A stretch of DNA of 64,000 nucleotides from the human T2T-CHM13v2.0 reference genome, Homo sapiens. Of the stretch, positions 24,231 through 43,242 are shown piece after piece (position 1 is the first letter of the stretch; each line of letters starts with the position of its first letter). Position numbers and translations under genes: made by a program. The notes under the pieces were generated by a model. That model was not told where the DNA came from and ran no database searches. It saw nothing but the letters and a program-made list of their open reading frames with translations. The DNA lies in the NCBI RefSeq assembly GCF_009914755.1, contig NC_060936.1; one strand, given 5' to 3'.

Positions 24231-27200
24231 CTATGGACAGAAATACAAGTGTTTCAGCCGATACTTGCCAAGGCAGTCTTTTCCCTCAAGCAAAATGACT
24301 GTGGTAGCTTCATTTGTTGGTTAGGACATTGGCAGTCCAAGGATTATGGGCTAAGGATGTATACTAAGCATGCTGCCTGACAAACAAGGTGCTAGTAATA
24401 TCTGTCAAGTCACAATGACAGCAAAAGACTATGTTAAACGGCCGACGAAATTGCCCTTTAAAAAGAGCCATGTTCCAGTGTATTAGCATGTGGAGCTTCT
24501 TGGCCCAGACTCCAACACAATCAACAGAGACCACTTTAGTTGGCCACAGAATTCCTCACTCTCTGGCAAAAAAAAATACGCTGTGTAACCTTGGGAAAGC
24601 TGCTAGTCCAACCCCAATACAAGAGCCCCCTTTCCTGGCTCAAGGTCTTGGGGAATCCCCAAATAACATTTTTCAGTGGTCTTTTATCAGTTCCAGTAAA
24701 CATGCATCTGGTTGAACCTTTTTTTACAACTATGTCAATAGATCTTCCATTGTGGTGTTCTCAAGTCATTGGGTATGGTTCCAGCCCTGTATTTGTTTCA
24801 GCCCAATTAAGGTTTCTAATGGCCTGGGGCAAAACTTTCACCTTTCCATGTGCAGGTATTGGATTGTAGAAGTGTTTGCAGTTGTGCTTTCAAAATACCA
24901 TTTTTCCTTCCAAGTAACCCTACTCCATGGGGATTACACGGCAAGTGAAATCTCCGATTTATGTCCTTTTCATGAGCCCAGTCTTGGACATCATGCCTAG
25001 TGAAATGTGTGCCTCGATTGCTATCAATGCATCAAAGATATCCACACATGACGTGAAGTTGTTCCAAGTCCTTAATGGTGGCTGTTGGTTTGCCCTTTTA
25101 CAAGGCAAAGCCTGTAATAAACCTGTGGTCGTGTCTTCCCAAGCTTACTGGCTGGTGTCTGATGTAGTCTATCCATCAGTCTCTCACACGGACAGCTGTC
25201 TTAAGTATGTGTCCTGGTGCATGTAGAATGAGGCAGGGGTGCAGGCAGAAGCAAACTAAGCAGTTTGTTACTGCTGCTGCTAAATCTGGATAGCGCAGGG
25301 GCAATGCTACTCCCTTTGCTATCTGCCAGCCCACTTGCGCACTAGGATGCTCACTGTGTTTGGGTGTCTAATCAGCTAGCTCAGATGGTTGAGAGGGAGC
25401 CAGTGTTCTCATTCTTGCTAGGGTATCAGATTCCATGTTACCATCGGATTAATCTGACCTGTGTTGTGAAACATGATACATAATTGGCTTGCAATTGGTC
25501 CTTGTAGCTTTTCCCAGATGTCTTTCCAAATGGCAGCTCCCCACTGGGGGTTTTGTTAGTACATTCCAGTCATCCGGGGCCCACTCTGCAAGCCAAGTTG
25601 CAAGAATACTGCCCAACTATCTATTCAAGAACTATAGGCCATGGCTCATGGATACAAACTAACCATGCATCCTGGAGTTCTGTCCATTGCTATTTTGCTG
25701 TCTTCCAATCTCAAACCATATGGTACCTGTCTGCAGTTGTATCGCTACTGCCATTTATACACAAGGGCTACCTCAGCAAAACCCATCCGAGTGCCCAGTA
25801 TTTTCAGGAATGAGAGCTGTGCCTTCATGTATCCTCAGAGGCATGCCCTTTGGGGGCTGCACAATAGTGGCCACACTGGTCTCATAGTGTACTGGTACTA
25901 AGAGAGCATGCAGTTCCTCTCCCAAGGGACTGATGGAGAGGCTGCTACATTGTTGCAGGTTTGCATGCCAGTTTTGTAAAGTGGAGGCATGGGCAATAAT
26001 TGAGGCAAGCCTGGCAAACAACCCTTCTCTCCAGTCCTTGATAGGAAGACCTGTTTTCACAGTTACTGTAAAGCAGCAGTTATGAATTCAACGTGCTGCA
26101 AGCCCTTCTATACCCCTAGGACCTGTTGTTCAGTTGGGGAATAACAGGTTTCAATGCTCTTCCATAGTTGTAACTAGAATCCTGCTTTCCCATGCTGGAC
26201 TTTCTTATGCTGGCCCAGCTGGTCCCATCAGTGCTTAAGCAGGGTGAAACTTAAGGCTTGTACCTGAGCCTCTAATAGTTTAGTCTTCTCAAATGCTTCC
26301 TCTTGTTCTTTATCCCAGCATCACCTAAATCCCTTCTTTATTAGTTTATTCAGGGGACTCAAACATTGCACTAACTGTGGAAAAAAGCCACTTACTATCC
26401 CAAAAAGACCTAAGAAATTTTGTAACTGTTAAAATGGTTCTAGACATGGAAAATTGCACCCCTGATATAAGACATATTTTACTTAGCCTAGTAACCTTTA
26501 GGATCTTTGCAGCTGGTCCTGGGCCTTGTATTTTTTGTGGGCTGGTGGCCTATCCTCTGGATTGAAGAAGCATATGCACAAGGCATCAAGGCATTGCTAT
26601 AGCAATAACAAGTCTTCAGAGGTTAGCATAATATCATTAATGTAATGAAACTGTTTAACAGCAAGTAGGAGTGGACATAAAATTAAATCTCTACCAATTA
26701 TTCCAGGACAAAGAATGGGGCTGTGTAGATTCCCTGGTACAACTCTTGAAATGCCCCCTGTTGGCCATTCTGAGTAAAAGCAAATTGGTCCTATTAATCA
26801 GGGTGCAAAGCAATGCCAATGAAGTAATTAACTAAATCTAGCACAGCATGGTAAGTGTCTATATTTTGTATTTATTTGCTGTATCATTTGGGTGATACTG
26901 GCCATAGCAAGCACGTATCTCAGGAACCATATTATTTAGTTCCTGGTGGTTTACTGTCATGTGCCAGATGCCACCTGGTTTTCTTACTGGCTATAAGGGA
27001 CTGCTGAAGAGACTCTGCGCTGGCTGGATAATATTAAGTTTGGTCAGTTCATGTATAGTGGCTGGGATTTCTTCTGTCCCACCAGAAAGATAGTGTTGTT
27101 TCACATGAGCGATATGTCATGGGGAAGGAAGGTGTACAAGTTCCCCTCTTAAAATAGTCTCTACCCTCCTGAACCCACAGGAAAAATTCCCCCACACGTG

Positions 27201-27450
27201 TTTGTAATATGAATTCTAACAGGACATCCATCCCCAAGATATTTTCTGAAATAGGTGAGCTAAAGACAGTATAGTAAGCAGGGGGACTCCACCCAATACC
27301 AGGAAGGAGAGGAGTTTGTTTCACTTGGATAGTCTCTCTGGGTTTCCATAAATTAAGGTGCATTCTGCATCCATACGCACTAAAGCTAAGGTTCTCTGCT
27401 TGTTGTTTGGATTCCAATATATAGTGAGCTCCACACGAGGCCTCTGGTAA
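24231..27450 (-). pseudogene. ERV pro-pol remnant (protease, RT, integrase)
   Basis: Protease C-terminus ENILGMDVL (ORF 27049-27417). RT GIWHMTVNHQELN (~26960) and FHYINDIMLTSED (~26615-26650, YxDD decayed). Integrase DSNRGTHFT..VQDWA..RFHLPCNP.GVGLLGRKNGILK (~24890-25030). Apparent end LKHLYFCP* at 24231. Confidence 0.85.
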
Positions 27451-27618
27451 CCTCCTATTACTTTCACATGGAAGAAACCTTGGCCCTATTCCTAGTCTCT
27501 AGGGTGGGGAGGAGTCCACCCCTGGAACACAGAGATTGTGGTTATTTTACATGGAGTTTCTTCTGCTCCTGCTTGCTTTTCTGCTGCGGCACTGAGAACT
27601 GGTCTAAACTCTTGATCA

Positions 27619-32420
<4,802 letters not shown>

Positions 32421-33450
32421 AGTCAGTTTTCCAAAGGCCTGCTTACATGACATTTGGTTGCCGGGCTATTTTCTCTATGTCTCTTCTGGCCGGAATCAGA
32501 TCATAGCACATTTGTTTCCCAGAAATCCTAACTGGGCCTTTTTGCTCCCTTTTTCAGTCCAGTAGGATGTCTTTTATTTTTTCTTTTCCTTTAGCGACCA
32601 TTTGAACATCATCGCTTCCCTTTTTAGTTTCTCCAAAATCAGAAATGGCTTCACCATCTCATACGCATTTTGTCCCACAAGGGGGCCCACTACTCTTGGT
32701 GGTGGGGTTGTGGGGGTGGGGGTGAGGATGGGAACTTGGTCATTTTTCAACTCCATTCTTTGCTAGGGAGATGCCATCCTCACCTGTGTCCCAGGGCACA
32801 CCATTCACGTGGCTAAGCTTTCTTTCGGCAGCTGTTTAAATGTTTTTGCTATGTACCATAATCCTGCCGAGGGCTGCACGTGTTGGGCTTTTGCTTTCTG
32901 CTGCATAAGCAATTTTGCTTTCAAAAGGGAAGAAAAATTTCCACCTCCTCTGAATGAACCTCTATGTCATCATCTGATTCAGTAGTTGGTTCGCAAGAAT
33001 TCCAGGTATTTGCATCCCCGTCTGGTTTGAGGAGAACAGCCAGCACTTGCAGCCTGCACAGCTTCATCCCTCCCAGCTTTACAAAGTGGCAAGCAAAGGT
33101 TTGCAGCTATGCCTCCTGAGTTTCCAGCTAGTCAACCAAAGCAGGCGCTAAGATAGATGTGAAAGTTCTCATAACGCTTTTTAACTGCAATTCTTCCTCC
33201 GACTTTCCTACACTTACCTCAGCTGTTACCTGCACTTCTGTGGCCACTCACACAGACCATAACGGCAGCATACTTGCTGTTGTCACAGCTCTATGACCTT
33301 TCTCACCACTGAATCATGTGGCTTTTTACTAGCAAGCTTTCTAGACCCTCCGGCAGGCATTTCAGGGTGTAGCTGTACTCAAGTGGTAGTCCACAGGCAT
33401 CTGCCAAATGGACACCACCACCCCCCCATAGATGAGGAGGGTCACCATGG
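32421..33450 (-). pseudogene. ERV gag remnant
   Basis: Lies between the PBS and the protease (rejoining at ~27620). Proline-rich stretch PILTPTPTTPPP in ORF 32574-32756. Many stops. Confidence 0.55.
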
Positions 33451-33504
33451 AATTCCCCCTGCGAATGCTTCTTCTCCCCTGTCCATACTTTGATTTCTTG
33501 GCTT

Positions 33505-33522
33505 CTCCTGGCCAGCTCGCCA
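33505..33522 (-). promoter_or_regulatory. primer binding site, tRNA-Arg(ACG)-type
   Basis: Minus strand TGGCGAGCTGGCCAGGAG, 2 nt after the 5' LTR. Matches 16/18 of TGGCGAGCCAGCCAGGAG, the complement of the recalled human tRNA-Arg(ACG) 3' end. Confidence 0.8.
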
Positions 33523-33524
33523 TT

Positions 33525-33955
33525 TGATCCGTGAAAGGCCTATGTATGCAAAGTGCCTCCCAGATGCCGAAGGAGTTGAGAAAAAGAAAAAGGCAGACAA
33601 GTCCAGTTTGTCAGTAATGGTGGTTGTATTGAGGGAACTTAAAGAAACAAGTGTGGTCTTAGGCAGCTGCAAGACAGGTAGATCTCCTCGCTGTTACTCC
33701 TTGGACCCAAGGCTTATATACCATGGGGAAAGGGTACATATGTTGTAGCAAGACAATAAAAGGCAACCCTCCAAAACAGGCAGAAATGCTATGCGCATCA
33801 GAGCCTGTAATTTGTGCAATAGCATCAAGGTTGTCTTGTTTTCACACTAGGCACATTAAATAAAGTAGAAACCAAGAGGCATTCACTGAATTGGGGCTAA
33901 TTAGAAGTCAACATGGCAGATTAGCAACCAAGATGGAGTCTCTTTTGTCTCCGCA
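33525..33955 (-). repeat. 5' LTR (LTR47-like)
   Basis: Homologous to 23499-23944 (about 18% mismatch by hand count over ~190 bp). Minus strand starts TGCGGAGACAAAAGAGACTCCATCTTGG. Confidence 0.85.
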
Positions 33956-34068
33956 AATCCAGATTCCTCATGTACGTATTTTCAGGTGTGAAAAGTTGTT
34001 TATATCAAAGTGTCTGTGAGAAAATGAGGACGGGAAATGCTATTCCATCATCATGCTGATGTCATCTC
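33956..34068 (-). mobile_element. extreme 5' end of the old L1 5'UTR interrupted by the provirus
   Basis: Minus strand begins gagatgacatcagcatgatgatggaatag, similar to the L1 start at 21642. Confidence 0.6.
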
Positions 34069-35931
34069 TTTCAGTGGATTTTTAAAGGTCTTTGTTATAT
34101 TTAAGATCAGTAATCTGCAAATAAAGTTATATTCTTCCTTTTAAGTTTGTCTACTTTTTATTTAATTTTATTGACAAATGCTTTGAATAGAGTCTCTAGT
34201 ATAATATTGAATGTAATTGTCAAGAGCACCCAATTCCTGACTTGTTCCTGATCTGGGGGAGAAAGCATTCACCCTATTTTTAAACCTTCAAGTGTGATGT
34301 TGAATATGGAATTTTCAAAGATGTATTTTATCAGGCTGTAAAGAAATATAAGAAAATATTTATCAGAATTATAAAGGAATACCAGCTTCCCGTCTATTCG
34401 TAGATTATTGAGTGTTTTATCATGGAAGTGTATTGGAATTTGTAGATATTTTTTCACCTTTACTGAGATGACTATGTGCTGCTTCTCCTTTGTTCTGCTA
34501 AAATAGTATGCTACATCTATTGTCATTTTTATTTTGTTTAAATGTTTATATTTTTATGGGATACAAGTGCAGTTGTATGACACAGATATATTGTGTAGTG
34601 GTGAAGTCTGGGCTTTTAGTGTACACATCACCCAAATAGTGTACATTCTACCCAGTAGGTAGTATTTCATCACTCACTCACATCTCACCATCCCATCTTT
34701 TGGAGTCTCCGATGTTTATCATTCCACTCTTTATGTCCATGTGCACTCATTTTTTAGCTCCCATTTACAAGTGAAAAACATAGTTTTTTACTTTTTGTTT
34801 CTGAGTCATTTTACTGAGGATAATCACTTCCAGTTTCATCCAGGTTGCTGGAAAGATTTGATTTCATTCTTTTCTATGGCTGAATAGTTTTCTATGTGAA
34901 TGTGTGTGTGGGTGTATTATATTTTCTTTAATCTTTTATTGATGGACACTTAGGTTGATTCTATGACTATGCTATTGTGAATAGTGTCACAATAAGCATA
35001 CAAGTGGAGGAGTTGTTTTGATAAGTTTTTTTTTTCTTTTTGGAAAAGAAAAAATATTAGTGAGATTGCTGGATTAAAGTGTAGTTCTACTTTTAGTTAT
35101 TGGACAAACCTCCATACTATTTCCACAGATGTCGTACTAATGTACATTCTCATCAACAGCATCAACAGTGTATAAGCATTAACTTTTCTCTGCATCTTCA
35201 CCAACATCTGTTATATGCTGACTTTTTAATATAGCCATTCTGACTATTATGAGATGGTATCCCATTATGGTTTTAATTTACATTTCTCTGATCATTATTA
35301 ATGTTGAGCATTTTTCCAGATGTTTGTTGATCATTTGTATGTCTTCCTTTGAAAAATGTCTGTTCTTTTCATTTTTCCACTTTTTAATGGAGTTATTTGC
35401 TTCTTATTGAATTTTTTGTGTTCCTTATAGACTCTGGATGTTAGCCCTCTGTTGTATGCATTGTTTCCAAATATTTTCTCCCATTCTCTAGGTTGTCTGT
35501 TTAATTTGTTTATTTCTTTTGTGGTACAGAGCTTTTTAGTTTGAGTCTAATTTGTCTGTTTTAGTTTTGTTGCATTTCCTTTTCAAGACAGTCATAAAGT
35601 CGTTGCCTTGACCAATGTCCCAAAGAATTTTTTTGTTTTTTTTTTTTCCCTCAGGATTTTTGTAGTTTCAGATCTTAGATTTGGTTCTCAGCTTGGACAT
35701 TATTTGTATATAGAAATGCTGCTGATTTTTGTCTTATAGTATTTCATTTTTTAAGTTGTCTTTCTTTTCCAACTTTTATTTTAGATTCGGGGGTACACAT
35801 GCAGGTTTGTGACATGGGTAAATTGCCTGTCACAGTGGTGTGGTATACAAAAACTTTTGTCACACAGATAATCAGCACAGTATGTGATAGGTAGGTTTTA
35901 GGGTTTTCTGTTTGTCTGTTTTCTGTTTGCT

Positions 35932-36016
35932 TTTTTTCTTTAAGACAATTTCTGACTCTGTTGTCTAGGCTGGGGTGCAGTGGGACAATCACAGCTCACT
36001 GTAGCCTCCACCTCCT
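35932..36016 (-). mobile_element. short 5'-truncated AluJ/FLAM-like fragment
   Basis: ctctgttgtctaggctggggtgcagtgggacaatcacagctcactgtagcctc next to a T-rich tail. Confidence 0.75.
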
Positions 36017-39000
36017 TGTGATCCCTCCTTATCTTCTTCCTACCCTCCACTCTCAAGTAGGGCCCAGGGGCCATTGTTCCCTTATTTGTGTCCATGTGTG
36101 CTCAATGTTTCGCTCCCACTTGTAACTGAGAACATGTGATGTTCATTTTCTCTTTCTCTGCTAATTTGCCTAGGATAATGGCCTCCAGTTCCACTCATAT
36201 TGCTGCAAAGGACATAATTTTTATTTTTTTATGGCTGCATAGTATTTCATGGTGTTACTGATTTTTGTATGTTGATTTTGTATCCTAAAACTTTATTAAA
36301 GTTGTTCATCAAGCCTAGGAGTTTTTTGAAGTCTTTAGGGTTTTCTAGGTATAAGATCATGTCACCAGCAAAGAGAGATAATCTGACTACCTCTCTTCCA
36401 ATTTGGATACTTTTTATTTGTTTATCTTGCCTGAGTGCTCTAGCTAACATTTCTAGTATCATGGTGGATAGAACTGGTGAAAGTGGGCATTCTTCTCTCA
36501 TTCCAGTTCTTAGAAGGAATGTGTTCAACTTTTCCCTATTCAGTATGATGTTGGCTATGGGATTGTCATTTATTAATTTCATTATTTTGAGGTATATTCC
36601 ATCTATACTTAGTTTGGTAAAGATTTTTATTATGAAGGCATGCTGGATTTTATCAACTGCTTTTTCTGAATCTACTGATATGATTTTTGTTTTAAATTCT
36701 GTTTATGCAGTGAATCACATTTATTAATTTGCATATGTTGAACAAACCTTGCATCCCTGGAATAAATCCCACCTGATCCACAGTGTATTATCTGATGTAC
36801 TGTTGGATTCAATTTTCTAGTATTTTGCTGAGGAGTTTTGCATCTATGTTCTCCAGGGATAATAAATAGTCTGTAGTTTTTTTTGTTGTTGTTGTTGTTG
36901 CTGCTGTGTCCTTGCCTGGCTTTGGTATCAGGGTGAAACTGCTTTGTAGAATGTGTTAGAGAGTATTCCCTCCTTCTTGATTTTTTGGAACAGTTTTCAG
37001 TAGAATTGGTAATAGTTCTTCCCTGTACATCTGGTAGAATTCAGCTGTTAATCCATCCTGTCCTGGGCTTTTTTTTTCTTGGAGATTTTTTATTACTGTT
37101 TCAATTTCACTACTGTTGTTCATCTGTTCAGTGTATCTATTTCTTCCTGGCTTAATCTTGAGTTAAAGTCTTACATCATAGTAGTGTCTGATGATTTTTT
37201 TGTTTCTATCTCATCATTTGAAATGACATCTTGATCATTGCTGGTTATGCTTATTTGAATATTCTTTTTTTTTGATAATCTCTCAATTTTGTTTATCATC
37301 TCAAAGAAACAACTTTTTATTTCATTGATCCTTTGTATTGTTTTTACCTTCAATTTTAGTTCTGCTCTGATCTTTGTCGTTTTTTGTTTTTTGTTTTTTT
37401 CTAGTTTTGGGTGTGATTTGTTCTTTTTCTGGCTCCTTGAGATTCAATGTTAGGTTTTTAATTTGAGACCTTTCTATCTTTTCTAACATAGGTATTTAAC
37501 ACTATAAACTTGTCTGTTAGCACTGCTTTTGCTGTAATCTAGAGGTTTTGGTATGCTGTGTCTCCAATTTCATTTTTCTCAAAGAATTTTTAAATTTCTG
37601 TCCTAATTTTATCATTGACCCAACAATCATTCAGAAGCAGATTATTTAATTTCCATGTAATTTGTACAGTTTTGAAGATTCTTTTTGGTGTTGATTTCTA
37701 GGTTTATTACACCATGGTATGAGAAGATATTTGGTATTTATTTAATATTTTTAAATTTATTGAGACCTGCCTTGTGACCTAGCATAAGGTCAACTCTTGA
37801 GAATGTTCTATGCACTGATAAGAAAAATGTATATTTTGTGGTTATAGAATGGAATATTCTATAAATATCTGTTAGTTCCATTTGGTCTAGAGTCTAATTT
37901 AAATCAAGAGTTTCTTTGTTGATTTTCTGCCTCAATGACCTGTCTAGTGTTGTCAGTGAGATTTTGAAATCCTCCACTATTATTGTATTATTATTGTACT
38001 GCTGTCTATCTCTTTTCTTAGGTCTAGTAGTATTTGTTTTATTAATCTGGGTTCCTGGCGTTGAGTGCATATATAATTAGAATTGTATTATCTACTTGTT
38101 GAATTGATCCTTTTAATATTATATAATAATCTTTATTTTCTTTTTTTAATGTTGTTGATTTAAAGTCTGTTTTAACTGATATAAGTATAGCTACTCCTGC
38201 TCTCTTTTGGTTTTAATTTTCATGGATTATCTTTTACCACTACTCTGCTTTGAGCCTGCAAATATCTTTACCACTTAGATGAGTTTCTGGTATGCAGCAT
38301 ATCGCTGATTCTTCTTTTGTTTGTTTGCTTATTCATTCCAATAGTCTAAATCTTTTAAGTGGTGCATGCAGTCAATTTGTGTTTAAGGTTACCATTGGTA
38401 TATGAGGGTTTGTTCTTCTTATAATGTTTATTATCACCTAATTGCATTGCAGTCTTAATTATATAATTCTTTTACAAGACTTGTTTTATACTTTCATGTG
38501 TTTTTGTGATTATATGTATCACCCTTTTGTTTCCATGTTTAGAACTCTTTTGAGCATTTCTTACAGGACTGGTCTAGTGTTTTTTTCTTTTGTTAGCATT
38601 TGCTTGTCTATGAAAGACTTCGTATCTCCTTTATTTATTGAACTTAGTTGAGCAGTATGCAACATTTTCAGCTGGTATATTTTTCCTTAAAGAAGACTGA
38701 AAATAGGACCCTAATTTCTTTTGGGTTGTAAGGTTTTGGAAGAGAAGTCCACTGTAAATCTGATGAGACTTCCTTTATAGGTGATTAGATACTTCTCTCT
38801 TGTTGCTTTTAGAATTTTTTCTTCAAGTTGACTTTGAATATTCTGGTGACTATATGCCTAATGAGGTTCTTCTTGCAATGTGTCTCCCAGGAGTTCTCCA
38901 AGTTTTCTTTAACTGAATGTCTAGCTCTCTAGAAAGACCAGGAAAGATTTCATGAGTTATTTCCTCAAATAGGTTTTTCATACTTTTTATTTTTTTCTTT

Positions 39001-40575
39001 TCCTTCTGGAATTCCCGTAATGCCTAGGTTTGGACACTTTACATAATATTTCTCAAGGCTTTGTTCATGTTTTAAATCAACCTTGCATTCCTGGCATAAA
39101 TCTTACTTGGTCCTGGTGTATAATCATTTTTATGTGCTTATATGTTCCCAGATTTGGTTTACTATTGTTTAATTAAATATTTCATACCTATATTTATAAG
39201 AATTATTAGTCTGTATTTTTTGTACTTGAAATATTTTTAGATAGTTTTGGTCTCAGAAAAATTCTGTCTCATTGAAAGAGACAAAGTATTTCATTTTCTT
39301 CTATTTTTGGAGGAGTTTGTGAACTCTTGGTGTGAATTTAATTAAACATTTTTTGAATTTTTAATTTTTATGGGTACATAGTACCCGTGAAAATCCATTA
39401 CTTCAAGTTTTCATCATTTTTCTGTGTTACAGGCATTCCAATAATATGTTTATAGTTATTTTTAAATGTATAATAAATTGTTGACTGTAGTCACCCTGTT
39501 GTGCTATCAAATACTAGATCCTTTTCATTTTGACTGTATTTTTCTGCCCAATGTTATGTTTACATTTTTGGTAGAATTACATAAAGCCATTTTGGCTTGG
39601 ACTTTTTTGTGTAAAGTTTTAAAAATACTAATTCTTTTTCTTTTCTTATTATAGTTCTATGAACAATTTCTGTTTTTTCTTCACTATGGTTAGGTAGGAA
39701 TTTTTTTCTGTCTGTCTTTTTCTCTAGGCATTTATCTAAATGAAATCTAAACTATTTATTTTTTTGACCAATACTTGTTCATGAACTACATTAGAATCAC
39801 TCTATTATTTCTATAAGGTTAGTAATAATGTCTTTGCTTCATTTATGATTTTAGTAATTTAAGTTCTCTGTTCTTTGTTTCTTGCTTAATTTACCTGAAA
39901 ATTTATTAATTTTGCTAGACTTTTCATAGAGTTAAGTTTTGCTTCCATTGATTTTCCTAGTGACTTTTCTATTTTCCATTTTACTAAATTCTACTTCAAT
40001 TTTTATTACTTCCTTCTGCTTTAGGTTAGTTTGTTCCTCTTCTTTTCAGTGTATTGAGAAAGAAAGTTAAATAATTGATATAAGATCTTTCTTCTTTTTA
40101 ATACAGACATATGCAACTATGTATTTTTTTCTCTTAGCACTGTTCTTATTTTCATTCCACAAGTTTTGGAGTGTTATATCTTGTTTATTTATAATACAAT
40201 ATTTTCCATTTTTATGATTTATTTTTTAACCTATTGGCTATTTAGGAATCTATTGTTTATTTTCCACAAACTTATACATTTTTCAAATTTATTTCTGTTA
40301 TTGATTTCTTTCATAGGCATGAGAAAACAAACTTTAATTTCAACCTTTTCATATTTATTTAGGTTTACTTTATGACCTAGTATTTGATCAATCTTGGAGA
40401 ATTTTCTATGTTCACTTGAGGGTAATGGTTATGCTGTTTTTGTCATGTTAGTGTTTTATGGGTGTCTGTTAGGTCTAGTTGATTTATGGCATAGTTAAAT
40501 ATTCTATTCTGTCATTCATTTGCCTAGTTCTCTCCATTACTAAAGGTGAGAAATTAAGATTTCCAAACCTTATTG

Positions 40576-40882
40576 TATTATTATTTATTTATTTATTTTT
40601 GAGACAGAGTCTCACTCTGTCGCCCAGGCTTGAGTGCAGTGGTGCCTATCTCGGCTCACTACAACTTCTGCCTTCTGGGTTCAAGTGATTCTTGTGCCTC
40701 AGCCTCCCAAGTAGCTGGGATTACAAGGTGCCACACCACACCTGGCTAATTGGTACACTTTTAGTAGAGAGAGGGTTTTGCCATGTTGGCCAGGCTGGTC
40801 TTAAATTCCTGACCTCATGTGATGTGCCTGCCTCAGCCTTCCAAAGTGCTGGGATTACAGGCATGAGCCACCGTATCCAGCC
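40576..40882 (-). mobile_element. Alu (AluS)
   Basis: Antisense dimer with a (TTTA)n tail. Confidence 0.93.
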
Positions 40883-41053
40883 ACCAACCTTTGTTTTTAA
40901 ACCTTCTATTTGTCTCTTCAGTTTTGCCAAATTTTCCATCTTTCATTTGGGTATTTTGTTGCTAGATGTATATACATTTATCATGGTTAATCTTCCTGAA
41001 AGATCAACTGTTTTATTGTTTTAAAATGCCCTTCTTCGTCTCTTTCAGCACTG

Positions 41054-42420
<1,367 letters not shown>

Positions 42421-42816
42421 AAACTATGTTTTATTATTATGAGATATATATATTTTTGAAAATAAATATATTATGGTTTATAAATCAGCCACCTCATCTC
42501 AGCTCATCGGAACACATTCTATTTTATAAAACGAAGTGTTTCCCAATTCTAGAGTCACAAATGAAGTCAATTAAGATCTTTAAACATACACACAAAAAAT
42601 CAAACAAATGTTTTTCACAAAGATGACTTTCCTAAACTTCATATAGGCATTTTTTTACATTTAACTTCTCTCTATTATCTTCCCCTTCCCAAATTATAAC
42701 ATCTAAATTCATTTTTTAACCTTTTTTCTTTATGCATTTAGAAATGTATAAAATATAATAATAGGATACTGATTTAAGTATTCTTTATCACTTATATCTG
42801 GTTTTACTTTGTTTTT

Positions 42817-42888
42817 TTTTCTTTTGTGCATTATGTATAATGGGTTTTTCTGTTTTCTTTTGTGCATTATGTATAATGGGTTTTTCTG
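42817..42888. repeat. perfect 36-bp tandem duplication
   Basis: ttttcttttgtgcattatgtataatgggtttttctg x2. Confidence 0.97.
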
Positions 42889-43200
42889 GGATGATGATTT
42901 TCAGGTATTAGGCCATTTTCTTGAGATTAATTCATTATTTCTGCAGTTACAAATCAAATTTGATGGCTTACCAATTGAAATTAATACTACAGGGAGCAAG
43001 CTGTAATATTCTTAAAGTCACTTTAATACCTATAATAAAAGACTTTTAAGTATTCTATTAACCTGGGGGTTGGTGTGGAAGAAACACATGTAACAACAGT
43101 ATCAATTTAGCCTAAAATAATTAAGACAAAAGCGGTTGTCAGTTTTATATAGAGACAAAGGCAGTCCCATGGATTTATTTTGATGCAAATTATTTGATTA

Positions 43201-43242
43201 AAAACTAAACAATTCTATTACAAAACTAAACAATTCTATTAC
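43201..43242. repeat. perfect 21-bp tandem duplication
   Basis: aaaactaaacaattctattac x2. Confidence 0.97.

Larger units (their letters stand above)
34075..41040 (-). mobile_element. nested block of old antisense L1s (L1M host; L1PB-like ~34530-39060; L1PA15/16-like 3' piece ~35748-36255; L1MA 3' end ~39350-39550)
   Basis: Continuous antisense L1 motifs. ORF 36247-36582 is RT region ([15 protein letters not shown]). Several distinct 3'UTR/T-tail starts. Confidence 0.8.

Noticed and set aside
23290-26565. Dense set of 60-110 aa ORFs as a small-gene cluster
   Set aside because: They are mostly antisense or off-frame readings of LTR and pol sequence. The poly-N/poly-L tracts come from the (AAT)n microsatellite.
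33505-33522. tRNA gene
   Set aside because: Only the 18-nt 3'-end match is present, next to an LTR, so it is a PBS.
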